Both the position numbers and the translations under genes were made by a program. Below, in pieces: positions 10,580 through 18,747 of a stretch of DNA of 64,000 nt. The stretch comes from Saprospiraceae bacterium. GTDB taxonomy: Bacteria > Bacteroidota > Bacteroidia > Chitinophagales > Saprospiraceae. Each line of letters starts with the position of its first letter. Position 1 is the stretch's first letter. A model generated the notes under the pieces. That model saw only the letters and a list, made by a program, of their open reading frames with translations. It had not been told where the DNA came from and did not search any database. The stretch spans positions 119,663-183,662 of the forward strand of contig CATQHI010000008.1 in assembly GCA_958295895.1 (NCBI GenBank), in the 5' to 3' direction.

Positions 10580-11331
10580 TCGTTCGGTAGTGTATCGTTC
10601 GCGGTAGTATCCATTCGTTCGGGCGGGGACGCAGGTGCGGCGGCGGCGGCGGCCAAAGGCAACCACCCGGGGGGCAGGTACATCCGGCCTGCGCGGAGGT
10701 AAGCAAGCTGCCGGTAAGGGTATTGAGTTCGCGCACCTTCGTCTGAAAATTACCCGTCAGCCGGTCGCGGAATAACTTAAGGTTGTCAATAAGGTCGGTG
10801 GTTTCCAACTCAGGCAGCTCCGCCTCCAGCCACTGCCGAAAGCGTTTGGCAAAGGTAGGGCTCTGTCCGTTGGTGCTGATGGCCACCTTGAGCGGACCGC
10901 GGGTGACGATGCTGCCCAGGTAGAAATCACAGAGCTCGGGCGTATCGGCGATGTTGCACACCCGCCGTGCAGCTTTTGCCGCCTCGTACACGGCTTGGTT
11001 GACCGCGCGGGATGTCGGTAGCCGCTACGATAAGGTCAGCCTGTAAAACGTCCTCCTTTTGAAATTCTCGGTCATACCACACCACCCGTCCCCCACTGCT
11101 GGTAGACCACACGCCCGCAGCCCCTACCCCAAATGACGCAGCCCCCCGGCCGTACTTGTCTAGGGCAGCGCGTAACTCCTCTCCCATCCAGGGTGCTACG
11201 ACGGTCACCCGGGCATTCGGGCTACTCTTTAGGATGAAGCGCAGCTTCTCCTCTCCGACCTGACCGGCCCCTACGACGAGGAGTTGCAGGCGGTCGAGAC
11301 GGAAGAAGGCGGGGTAGAGGGGATTGGTCAT
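10542..11331 (-). pseudogene. Precorrin-2 dehydrogenase / sirohydrochlorin ferrochelatase (CysG N-domain, SirC-like); one frameshift as sequenced
   Basis: ORF 10927-11331 (LLVVGAGQVGEEK Rossmann fold ...LIVAATD) continues in ORF 10542-10991 (AVNQAVYEAAKAARRVCNIADTPELCDF...AISTNGQSP). The shift lies within 11001-11015. The last roughly 45 codons read through a GC repeat and overlap cysH. Confidence 0.7.
10621..10638. repeat. Copy of dispersed GC-rich repeat (gggcggggacgcaggtgc)
   Basis: This 18-mer is identical to 50817-50834. Its reverse complement occurs with 1 mismatch at 35631-35648. Confidence 0.8.
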
Positions 11332-11337
11332 GGGGTT

Positions 11338-12094
11338 TTATACTTGAGTAAGCACGCTCGCTAAACTCCTAAATTTCTCGTGCTGGCGCACCGTCTCCCC
11401 TAAAACAATGATTCCGGGGCCCCGGTCCCGCTCGGCAGCTACCCGCGCGGCAATGTCGTTGACCGTACCCACCCAGCAGTGCTCGTCGGGTCGGCTGCCG
11501 TTCTGGATCACCATGGCGGGGAGTTCTCCCTTTCCTTCCGCGTCCCAGAGGGCACAGATCTGGTCAAGGCGCGCCAGCCCCATCAGGATAATGACCGTAG
11601 CGGATGATTTAGCGGCGCGAAACAAGTCCTCACTCAGCCCTCCGTCGCGGGTATGGGCCGTGAGCACCCAGAAGCTATCGGCGTAGCCCCTGCTGGTGGG
11701 TGCCACGCCCTGTAGCTCCGGCAGACTAATGCAGCTACTGATGCCCGGCACTACGGTGACGGGAATGCCGTGTTGCTCGGCGTAGGCCTTTTCCTCCTGC
11801 CCCCGCCCGAAGACGAAGGGGTCTCCCCCCTTGAGCCGCACTACGTGGCCGTACTCCAGGGCACACGCTACGATCAGCGCATTGATTTGCTCCTGCTTCT
11901 TGTAGTGACAGCCCGCCCGCTTGCCCACGAAGATGTGCTGGCAGTGGGGCCGGGGTCTCGGTCAGTAGCTCATTGCTGCTCAGGGCGTCGTACAGCACGA
12001 CATCCGCCGTAGCCAGCGCGCGCAATCCCTTGCGGGTGATGAGGTCGGGATCGCCGGGGCCGGCGCCGATGAGGGATAGTTTAGGGGTAGGCAT
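11338..12094 (-). pseudogene. cobA: Uroporphyrinogen-III C-methyltransferase; one frameshift as sequenced
   Basis: The N-terminus [29 protein letters not shown] (ORF 11735-12094) joins HIFVGKRAG...[15 protein letters not shown]...VVPGISS (ORF 11338-11928). The extra base lies in tggggccggggt, 11945-11956. Confidence 0.85.
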
Positions 12095-12110
12095 GATTTG
12101 TTTAGGATTT

Positions 12111-12260
12111 GATATGCGATTCTCGATATGCGATTCTCGATATGCGAGGTGCTCCGCTGTTGTCTGCTCGCTTCGCTCGTGCCGCTAGACGAGCGAAGCG
12201 AGCATGCCTTTGCGGTAGCCACCTCATACCTCGCATATCGAGAATCGCATATCGCATATC
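12111..12260. repeat. 150-bp nested palindromic (MITE/REP-like) element between sulfite reductase and cobA
   Basis: The outer perfect 26-bp inverted repeat is gatatgcgattctcgatatgcgaggt (12125-12150) and its complement (12228-12253). The left arm has a tandem 14-nt unit gatatgcgattctc x2 (12111-12138). The inner perfect 14-bp hairpin is gctcgcttcgctcg (12166-12179) / cgagcgaagcgagc (12190-12203). Confidence 0.85.
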
Positions 12261-12261
12261 A

Positions 12262-14382
12262 TTACGCCTTATAGTACTCACTCACCACCGTCTTGCCCAA
12301 CTGCCGCTCCCGCGTAGCAATCGCCCTGCTCACAAAGGCCCGCGCCTGGGCGAGATAGTCAGTGACAAAGTCCGCGGTAGGCTCGTTGCGCTTGATCCCC
12401 AGCACCGTAGCCGCAAAGGGAGCTACCTCCGGAAACTGCTCCCCGAAGTAGGTTTGAAAATCATTCAGGATACCGATGTGGGTGTTACACTTCTGGTCTT
12501 CGGCTAGCAGCAGGGCCTTGGCGGCGGTGACCATGGCGGAGTAAGCGTGGTAACCGGCATCGGCGTAGGCTGCGCCCTCCAGGCTGCGGCCGGCAGCAAC
12601 GAGCTTGTTGCTGCTGTCGTTCAGGATGGCACCGATGACGTCCAGGCTCACCCCGGCGCACTCTCCTACGCCGATCTCCTGCTTGTAGTCTTCGTCCTGG
12701 CCCCAGTCGTAGAATTCCCCGTCGGCGATCTCGCTCGTATCGCCCAGCGGTTTGAGCAGTCCGTAGAAGTAGCGCTTGCCCTGGCGTACGGCGTAATCGT
12801 TGTAGTACTCCCCCTCACTGGCCTGTAGCCGGTAGTCCTCGAAGAGGATACGTACCACATCGGGCACCCGCCGGGTCGGCACCTTAATCACCTTCTCGGC
12901 GATGAAGCCACGTCCGTCGGGGGCAATGCCGCCTCCCACCACCACCTGCATGGCCGGCGCGATTTTATCCCCCACGCGGATGCTCGAGCCGTGGAAGCCT
13001 ATGTTGGCCGCCATGTGCTGTCCGCAGGCATTCATACAGCCGCTAATCTTGATGCGGATGTCGTCTTCGGTGACCAGCTCGGGATACTCGTCACGTACGA
13101 GGGCCTCCAGCACCTGTGCCAGCCCCGTCGAGTTAGTTACGCCCAGGGCACAGGTATCGGTGCCGGGGCAGGCCGTGATGTCGGCCGTGGTATCGTAGCC
13201 GGGTAGGCCCAGGTCCAGGGCGTACAGGGCATTGAAGAGGTGCGGCAGGGCGGTAGGCGGCACGTACCGTAATATCATCCCCTGCTGCACGCTCAGGCGG
13301 ATGTCATCACTGGCGTGGGTACGGATCACCTCAGCCAGTAGACGCGCCTGCTCGGCCTCTAGGTTACCGAGCGGAATACGGATGGCCACGGCGCGATATC
13401 CTCCTTGCTTTTGTTCTAGTACATTGGTCTGCAACCACTCTTCGTACAGGGCGGGGTGCGCAGGTGCAAGCGGCGGGAAGTTGTCACCGGGTACACTCCC
13501 CAGCTTCGGCACCAGCGACTCGTCGATGGCATACTCCCTGTGCGCGATGGCGGGCCACTCCTCGTGCACCAGCTCCATAAAGCGGTCGAAGCCCAGGTCC
13601 TTGATCAGGAACTTCATACGGGCCTTCATGCGCTTCTCCCGCTCCCCGTAGCGGTCGAACACCCGCAGGGCCGCCTCCTGGAACGGGATGATCTGATCGG
13701 CCGGCAGGAACTCGAAGGCCGTATGGGCTACCATCGAGACGGCACCGAGTCCGCCCCCCACGACCACCTTGAAGCCACGCTGCCCGTCCTTGATGCGGGG
13801 GATGAAACCGAAGTCGTGGAAGTAGGTAAAGGCCGAGTCCTTATCACTGCTCGAAAACGCCGGCTTGATCTTACGGCCCATCTCCTGGCAGATCGGGTTG
13901 CGCAGGAAATAATCGAAGGTGGCGTATACGTAAGGACTCACGTCGAAGAGCTCGTCGGGGTCCACGCCGGCCAGCGGGCTGGCGGTGAGATTGCGCACCG
14001 TATTGCCACAGGCCTCGCGGGCGGTCATGCCGGCAGCCACCAGCTCCTCCCAGATGGCGGGGCTGTCGTTGAGCTTCACATAGTGCATTTGCACGTTCTG
14101 CCGGGTGGTAATGTGCAGCCGCCCATTGGTGTACTTCTCGGAGATATTGGCCAGCGCAATGAGCTGGTCGGGCGTGATGTAGCCGAAGGGGATTTTGGTC
14201 CGAAACATGTGTACCCCTACCTGCCGCTGCCCGTACACGCCCCGGGTCAGGCGGTAGTGCTTAAAGCGGTCCTCATCTTCCTTGCCCCGCTGGTAGGCGT
14301 AGATGCGGTCCTTCAGCTCTTCGATATCGGCCCGGTTGGCGGCCTCAGTCCGGTTCGGGGCAGCGGTGTCACTCGTTCTCAT
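12262..14382 (-). CDS. sir: Assimilatory sulfite reductase hemoprotein (ferredoxin-type NirA/Sir family) with C-terminal helical extension
   Basis: 706 aa. The siroheme/4Fe-4S cysteine motifs ACPGTDTCALG and ISGCMNACGQH are present, and the gene lies in an operon with cobA, sirC and cysH. Confidence 0.85.
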   Translation of the reverse strand: MRTSDTAAPNRTEAANRADIEELKDRIYAYQRGKEDEDRFKHYRLTRGVYGQRQVGVHMFRTKIPFGYITPDQLIALANISEKYTNGRLHITTRQNVQMHYVKLNDSPAIWEELVAAGMTAREACGNTVRNLTASPLAGVDPDELFDVSPYVYATFDYFLRNPICQEMGRKIKPAFSSSDKDSAFTYFHDFGFIPRIKDGQRGFKVVVGGGLGAVSMVAHTAFEFLPADQIIPFQEAALRVFDRYGEREKRMKARMKFLIKDLGFDRFMELVHEEWPAIAHREYAIDESLVPKLGSVPGDNFPPLAPAHPALYEEWLQTNVLEQKQGGYRAVAIRIPLGNLEAEQARLLAEVIRTHASDDIRLSVQQGMILRYVPPTALPHLFNALYALDLGLPGYDTTADITACPGTDTCALGVTNSTGLAQVLEALVRDEYPELVTEDDIRIKISGCMNACGQHMAANIGFHGSSIRVGDKIAPAMQVVVGGGIAPDGRGFIAEKVIKVPTRRVPDVVRILFEDYRLQASEGEYYNDYAVRQGKRYFYGLLKPLGDTSEIADGEFYDWGQDEDYKQEIGVGECAGVSLDVIGAILNDSSNKLVAAGRSLEGAAYADAGYHAYSAMVTAAKALLLAEDQKCNTHIGILNDFQTYFGEQFPEVAPFAATVLGIKRNEPTADFVTDYLAQARAFVSRAIATRERQLGKTVVSEYYKA

Positions 14383-14768
14383 ACCCTAACATACCCCACC
14401 GAACCGCCGGCGGTCGATTCCACGTAGGATCAAACGATCATATGAACGGATAATTGAAGGGTGTAATATGCTGACTGTCAGTTATATACATATAAATTAA
14501 TCCTTAAATAACAAATATCTTAACATATATAATTTATTGAATACAATTGAACAGACAAGAACCCAATACGCTAAGCTGCTGAAAATCGTGATGGCCGCCC
14601 CAGCACGGCTAGGTGCTGGCCTCTGTGTTAAGTCAGGATGAAGCAGTTTACACACCATTAAAAAACACCTAACACTGAAGGGAGCAAGCATAACACCAAG
14701 ATAGCATAGCCGTGAACCGGGCTTAACACCCCACCGGGACCTTTGAGCCATTCAAAACCACCCACGCT

Positions 14769-16733
14769 ATGCGCATATTCTACTTGTTATCGCTTACTCT
14801 TTTAACAACCGCAGTTACCGCCCAGCAGATTTTCCCTACTGAGGTGGAGGTGCCCACGGGCTTTGCCCCCCGCGAGATACTCATGCCCCCCAGCCCCCTG
14901 GAAACCCAGGTGCTCTTCGTGGGCGGCGTCGACCTGGTGCAGACTACCGCCACCTACGGCAACGACGCCGGACAGACCAACGCCAAGGAGTGGCACGACT
15001 TCATCGGCTTCACCCCCGACACCACGGGGCAGAGCCTGGGCTGGGTCAGCGTCAACCACGAGAGCATCTACCGCGACGACCGCATCGGTGATGGCGGCGG
15101 CATGACCGTCTTCCGCGTCAACCGCGACGAGAAATCGGGCGACCTAGAGGTTATGGACCAGGAGCTCGAAGACGGCCGCGCCGGCAAGTACTTCAACGTG
15201 GACTTCGTCAACTACGTAGGCGAAACCGGCATGAACTGCGGTGGTATCAGCTCCGTGGTCGATGGCCGTATCTGGACCGCCGAGGAGTGGTTCCGCGACA
15301 ACAACCAGGACATCAACTACGGCAACTTCTCGAACTATAACCAGTTCGATCCCGCCCCGGTCTCCTACCCCTCGGCCGTGGGCTTTGACGAGAACAGCCT
15401 CGGCAGCCCGGTAAACCAGGGTGTGCGGGACCTACGTGCCTGGGCCGTCGACGCCCCCGAGTTCCCCTTCATCGACGGCGACACCATCGCCAAATACGAG
15501 AACTTTAACTGGATGGTGGAGATCGACCCCCGCCAGGCCCGGGCCATCCGCAAGCAGTACAACTTCGGCCGCCAGGGCTTCGAGGGCGGCGTCGTGAGCC
15601 CGGACAATAAGTACATCTACCTGGGTGTGGATGCTACCCCGGCCTTCTTCCTGCGCTTTACGGCCGCTACCCCCGGTGATTTCACCCAGGGCATCCTGGA
15701 AGTGTACAAGCACGATACGGAGGAGAAATGGGTGCAGATCGACAACGACAACGCCGAGGCCGTGCTCCACCTCGACTCCCTCTCCATCGCCGCCGGCGCC
15801 ACCATGTTCAACCGCAACGAGTGGGTAGCTATCGACCCGAAGTCCGGTATGATTTACTGGACCGAAACCGGCCGCGACAACCCCGGCGGCGCCTGGCGCG
15901 ATGAGGCCGAGGCCGGTGCCGTTGTGGCCCCCCACCACGCCGCCCGCGCCGCTGCTCAGAACGCGGCGGCTACTCCGGCTCTTGCCGATTCCATCACCGC
16001 CCTGAGCGATGAGTACTGGGACTACTACGGCCGCGTCATGCAGTACGACCCCACCACCATGGAGATCAGCGTGAAGATCGAGGGCGGCCCCTACTTTAGC
16101 GAGAGCCCCACCGAGGCCGAGTACCCCGATAAGCACCTTTCCAATCCCGACGGCCTCAACGTGATGACCATCGACGACGAGCAGTTCCTCGTCATTTGCG
16201 AGGACCTCAACGGCGAGACCTTCGGCCGCATGCCCGCCGAAAACAACCGCGGCGGCTCCGGCGTGCGCAACCGCATGTGCGAGCTCTACCTGCTGCCGCT
16301 GAGCGTCGACTCGGCTAGTGTCGACGACCTCATCCGCATCACCGCCACCCCCGTCGGTGCCGAGGTCACCGGCGTGAAGCCTACTCCCGACGGCAAAAGC
16401 CTCCTGGTCAACTCCCAGCACCCCAGCAGCGATAACCCCTTCCCCTACAATCACTCGCTGACCTTTGCCATCAACGGCTTCGACGGGCTGACGGTGACCT
16501 CCCTACAGGCTCCCGACCGCGATGCCAATGCGGTGGGACTGGAGATCTACCCCAACCCCACCCTACAGACCGTATTCCTGAACCGGGCACAGGACGTGGC
16601 GATGTACAGCCAGTCCGGCCAGCGTCTACGGGTGTACCGCCAGGTCGATGAGATCGACGTAAGCCAGCTGCCCGCCGGCGTCTACTACCTGCGTAGCGAC
16701 GAGGGCGAGCTCGTCAGGCTCGTCAAACAGTAA
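14769..16733 (+). CDS. PhoX-like (DUF839) secreted protein with T9SS type-A C-terminal sorting domain
   Basis: 654 aa with a signal peptide. Motifs GWVSVNHE, MNCGG...WTAEEW and LSNPDGL are as in the PhoX/DUF839 beta-propeller. The last roughly 75 aa (LEIYPNPT...AGVYYLRSDEGELVRLVKQ) form a Por secretion tail. Confidence 0.7.
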   Translation: MRIFYLLSLTLLTTAVTAQQIFPTEVEVPTGFAPREILMPPSPLETQVLFVGGVDLVQTTATYGNDAGQTNAKEWHDFIGFTPDTTGQSLGWVSVNHESIYRDDRIGDGGGMTVFRVNRDEKSGDLEVMDQELEDGRAGKYFNVDFVNYVGETGMNCGGISSVVDGRIWTAEEWFRDNNQDINYGNFSNYNQFDPAPVSYPSAVGFDENSLGSPVNQGVRDLRAWAVDAPEFPFIDGDTIAKYENFNWMVEIDPRQARAIRKQYNFGRQGFEGGVVSPDNKYIYLGVDATPAFFLRFTAATPGDFTQGILEVYKHDTEEKWVQIDNDNAEAVLHLDSLSIAAGATMFNRNEWVAIDPKSGMIYWTETGRDNPGGAWRDEAEAGAVVAPHHAARAAAQNAAATPALADSITALSDEYWDYYGRVMQYDPTTMEISVKIEGGPYFSESPTEAEYPDKHLSNPDGLNVMTIDDEQFLVICEDLNGETFGRMPAENNRGGSGVRNRMCELYLLPLSVDSASVDDLIRITATPVGAEVTGVKPTPDGKSLLVNSQHPSSDNPFPYNHSLTFAINGFDGLTVTSLQAPDRDANAVGLEIYPNPTLQTVFLNRAQDVAMYSQSGQRLRVYRQVDEIDVSQLPAGVYYLRSDEGELVRLVKQ

Positions 16734-16755
16734 TCCATTTTTTCCCAATTGCATC

Positions 16756-16791
16756 GGCCGGCGGAATCCCGTATTCCGTCGGCCCTTTTTA
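16756..16791 (+). terminator. Putative rho-independent terminator
   Basis: Stem ggccggcggaat (16756-16767) / attccgtcggcc (16773-16784) with 1 mismatch, then cTTTTT. Confidence 0.45.
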
Positions 16792-16804
16792 TTCCCCATC
16801 CCGC

Positions 16805-18727
16805 ATGCGTACACTCACCGATCTGGGGCGCTTTGCCGCCTTTTCTACCCTATTCCTACTGCTCGGACACGGCCTGTCGGTGCGTAACCTCCTGGCCCCA
16901 CCCCCCGAACCACGCCTGGAAGTGGTACTGGCCGGGGTGCAGCAGCAGTTTCGGACCGACCTCGATACCCTGCTGCTGACGGTGGCGGAGTACGCGGAGG
17001 CAGCCGCGGTGGGTGCCCCGGCTTCCACGCTACGGACCCTGCACCTGCGGTCGCGGCTACACTTTAAGCGCTGCGAGTACCTGCTGGAATACATCGAGCC
17101 GGAGACGGTGAAACGCTACCTCAACGGCGCGCCGCTGCCCAAAATCGAGCCCGGGGTGCCCGAGGTCGTGGTGGTCGAACCGGTGGGCCTACAGGTACTC
17201 GACGAGCTGGCTTTTGCCGATAGCCTGGACTACGGGGCGCTCGGCGAACAGACCCGGCTACTGTACCGCACGCTCACGAAGGTCATCCCCTATATGCAGG
17301 GGCGTAGGCTGCAGCACCGCCACGTCTTCGAGGCGGCACGCGAGGAGGTAATCCGGATGTTCACCCTGGGCGTGACCGGCTTCGATACGCCGGGATCGAT
17401 AGCTGCCCTGCCCGAGGCGCTGGCGAGTCTGGAGCGGCTGGAAGCTGTATATATAGGTTACGGGGCGCACGTGGCACGGGGGGATGCGGCACTGGATGAG
17501 ACGATCCGCACCGCGTTCCGTGAGGGGCGGAAGCTGTTACGGGTCGCTGACTTCGACACCTTCGACCGTCTGGCCTTTCTGCAACTCACCGCCGATCCGC
17601 TCCTTGCCGCTCTGCCGCGGGCGCAGGCGCTGCTTGGTATCGAGTCCGTAGCGGACGACAAGCGGCTGGCCCGACCGGTCAATCAACTAGCCACCTCCCT
17701 CTTCGCCCCCGACTTCCTGAACGCCGACTACTACGACCGGCTGAGCGACTCGCCCTACGACGCCGAGCGGCGGGCACTGGGCGAGTTGCTCTTCTTCGAC
17801 CCCGTACTGAGCGAGGAGCTAAGCATGAGCTGCGCCAGCTGTCACCGGCCGGAACTGGCCTTTACCGACGGAAAGGCCCTGAGCGTGCGCCGCAATGCCC
17901 CCACTCTGGTCAATAGCGTATACGCCGAGCGGTACTTCTACGACCTGCGCGAGGAGTTTCTGGAGCGGCAGGCCCGCCACGTGGTGATGGACGCCCACGA
18001 GTTTGCCACCGACTTCGGCTCCATCGAGGCGCGGCTGCGGCAGAGCGATACCTACCGCTTGCTGTTCGACTCGGCCTACGCCGACCAGCCGCAGTACGCC
18101 CTGAGCGCCTGGAGCGTGAGTGATGCCCTGGCCCACTATGTGAGTAACCTACGGGGCTTCGATAGCGCCTTTGATCGCTATGCCCGCGGGGAAACCGAGG
18201 TGCTGGAGCCAGGCGTACGCCGGGGATTCAACCTGTTCATGGGCAAGGCCGCCTGCGGCAGTTGTCACTTCGCTCCTACCTTCAGCGGACTCGTACCGCC
18301 CTTCTATCGGGAAAACGAGAGTGAGGTGCTGGGCGTGCCGGCGGCCGTGCGCTGGGAGGGGGCTGCGGTAGATCCCGATCCGGGCCGCATTGCTAGCGGT
18401 CGGCCGGAGGATGAGGCCTACTTTCACGCCTATGCCTTCAAGACGCCGACGGTGCGCAACGTGACCGTCACCGCGCCCTACATGCACAATGGCGTGTACT
18501 TGACCCTTGCTGAGGTACTGGACTTCTACAACCGCGGCGGCGGTAAGGGCATCGGTATATACCTGGAGCACCAGACGCTACCCTTTGATTCCCTAGGGCT
18601 CACCGCGCCGGAGATGGCCGATATCGTTACCTTTATGGAGTCCCTGACCGACTATAAACAGCTGGACCATCGCCCCACCGAGCTACCCCGCTTCGAGCGG
18701 CGGGCGGAGTGGAACGGGCGCAACTAA
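16805..18727 (+). CDS. Di-heme cytochrome c peroxidase / MauG-family protein with about 300-aa N-terminal extension
   Basis: 640 aa. Two CxxCH motifs (CASCHRPELAFTDG and CGSCHFAPTFSG) and PTVRNV..TAPYMHNG are typical of the CCP/MauG family. The N-terminal third has no motif I recognise. Confidence 0.8.
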   Translation: MRTLTDLGRFAAFSTLFLLLGHGLSVRNLLAPPPEPRLEVVLAGVQQQFRTDLDTLLLTVAEYAEAAAVGAPASTLRTLHLRSRLHFKRCEYLLEYIEPETVKRYLNGAPLPKIEPGVPEVVVVEPVGLQVLDELAFADSLDYGALGEQTRLLYRTLTKVIPYMQGRRLQHRHVFEAAREEVIRMFTLGVTGFDTPGSIAALPEALASLERLEAVYIGYGAHVARGDAALDETIRTAFREGRKLLRVADFDTFDRLAFLQLTADPLLAALPRAQALLGIESVADDKRLARPVNQLATSLFAPDFLNADYYDRLSDSPYDAERRALGELLFFDPVLSEELSMSCASCHRPELAFTDGKALSVRRNAPTLVNSVYAERYFYDLREEFLERQARHVVMDAHEFATDFGSIEARLRQSDTYRLLFDSAYADQPQYALSAWSVSDALAHYVSNLRGFDSAFDRYARGETEVLEPGVRRGFNLFMGKAACGSCHFAPTFSGLVPPFYRENESEVLGVPAAVRWEGAAVDPDPGRIASGRPEDEAYFHAYAFKTPTVRNVTVTAPYMHNGVYLTLAEVLDFYNRGGGKGIGIYLEHQTLPFDSLGLTAPEMADIVTFMESLTDYKQLDHRPTELPRFERRAEWNGRN

Positions 18728-18747
18728 ACAAGGCAGATGCCCGCTAG

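Noticed and set aside
12111-12150. Tandem 14-nt units gatatgcgattctc, considered as a possible CRISPR or other array.
   Set aside because: There are only 2.5 contiguous units with no spacers, and they form one arm of an inverted repeat. No cas genes are present in the window.
13456-14427. Long antisense ORFs opposite well-supported genes: 13456-14427, 15432-16454, 20523-21137, 22550-23380, 25837-26403, 36522-37244, 37581-38249, 41200-41679, 42034-42576, 47297-48025, 54585-55082, 61436-62194.
   Set aside because: They lie antisense to genes with clear family motifs. Their translations are Gly/Ala/Val/Arg/His-rich with no recognisable domains. Such stop-poor shadow frames are expected in high-GC DNA.
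14497-14751. 84-aa ORF in the sulfur-operon/PhoX-like intergenic region.
   Set aside because: It spans the AT-rich promoter region, has Leu/Cys/Phe-rich composition with no motif, and is more plausibly regulatory DNA.
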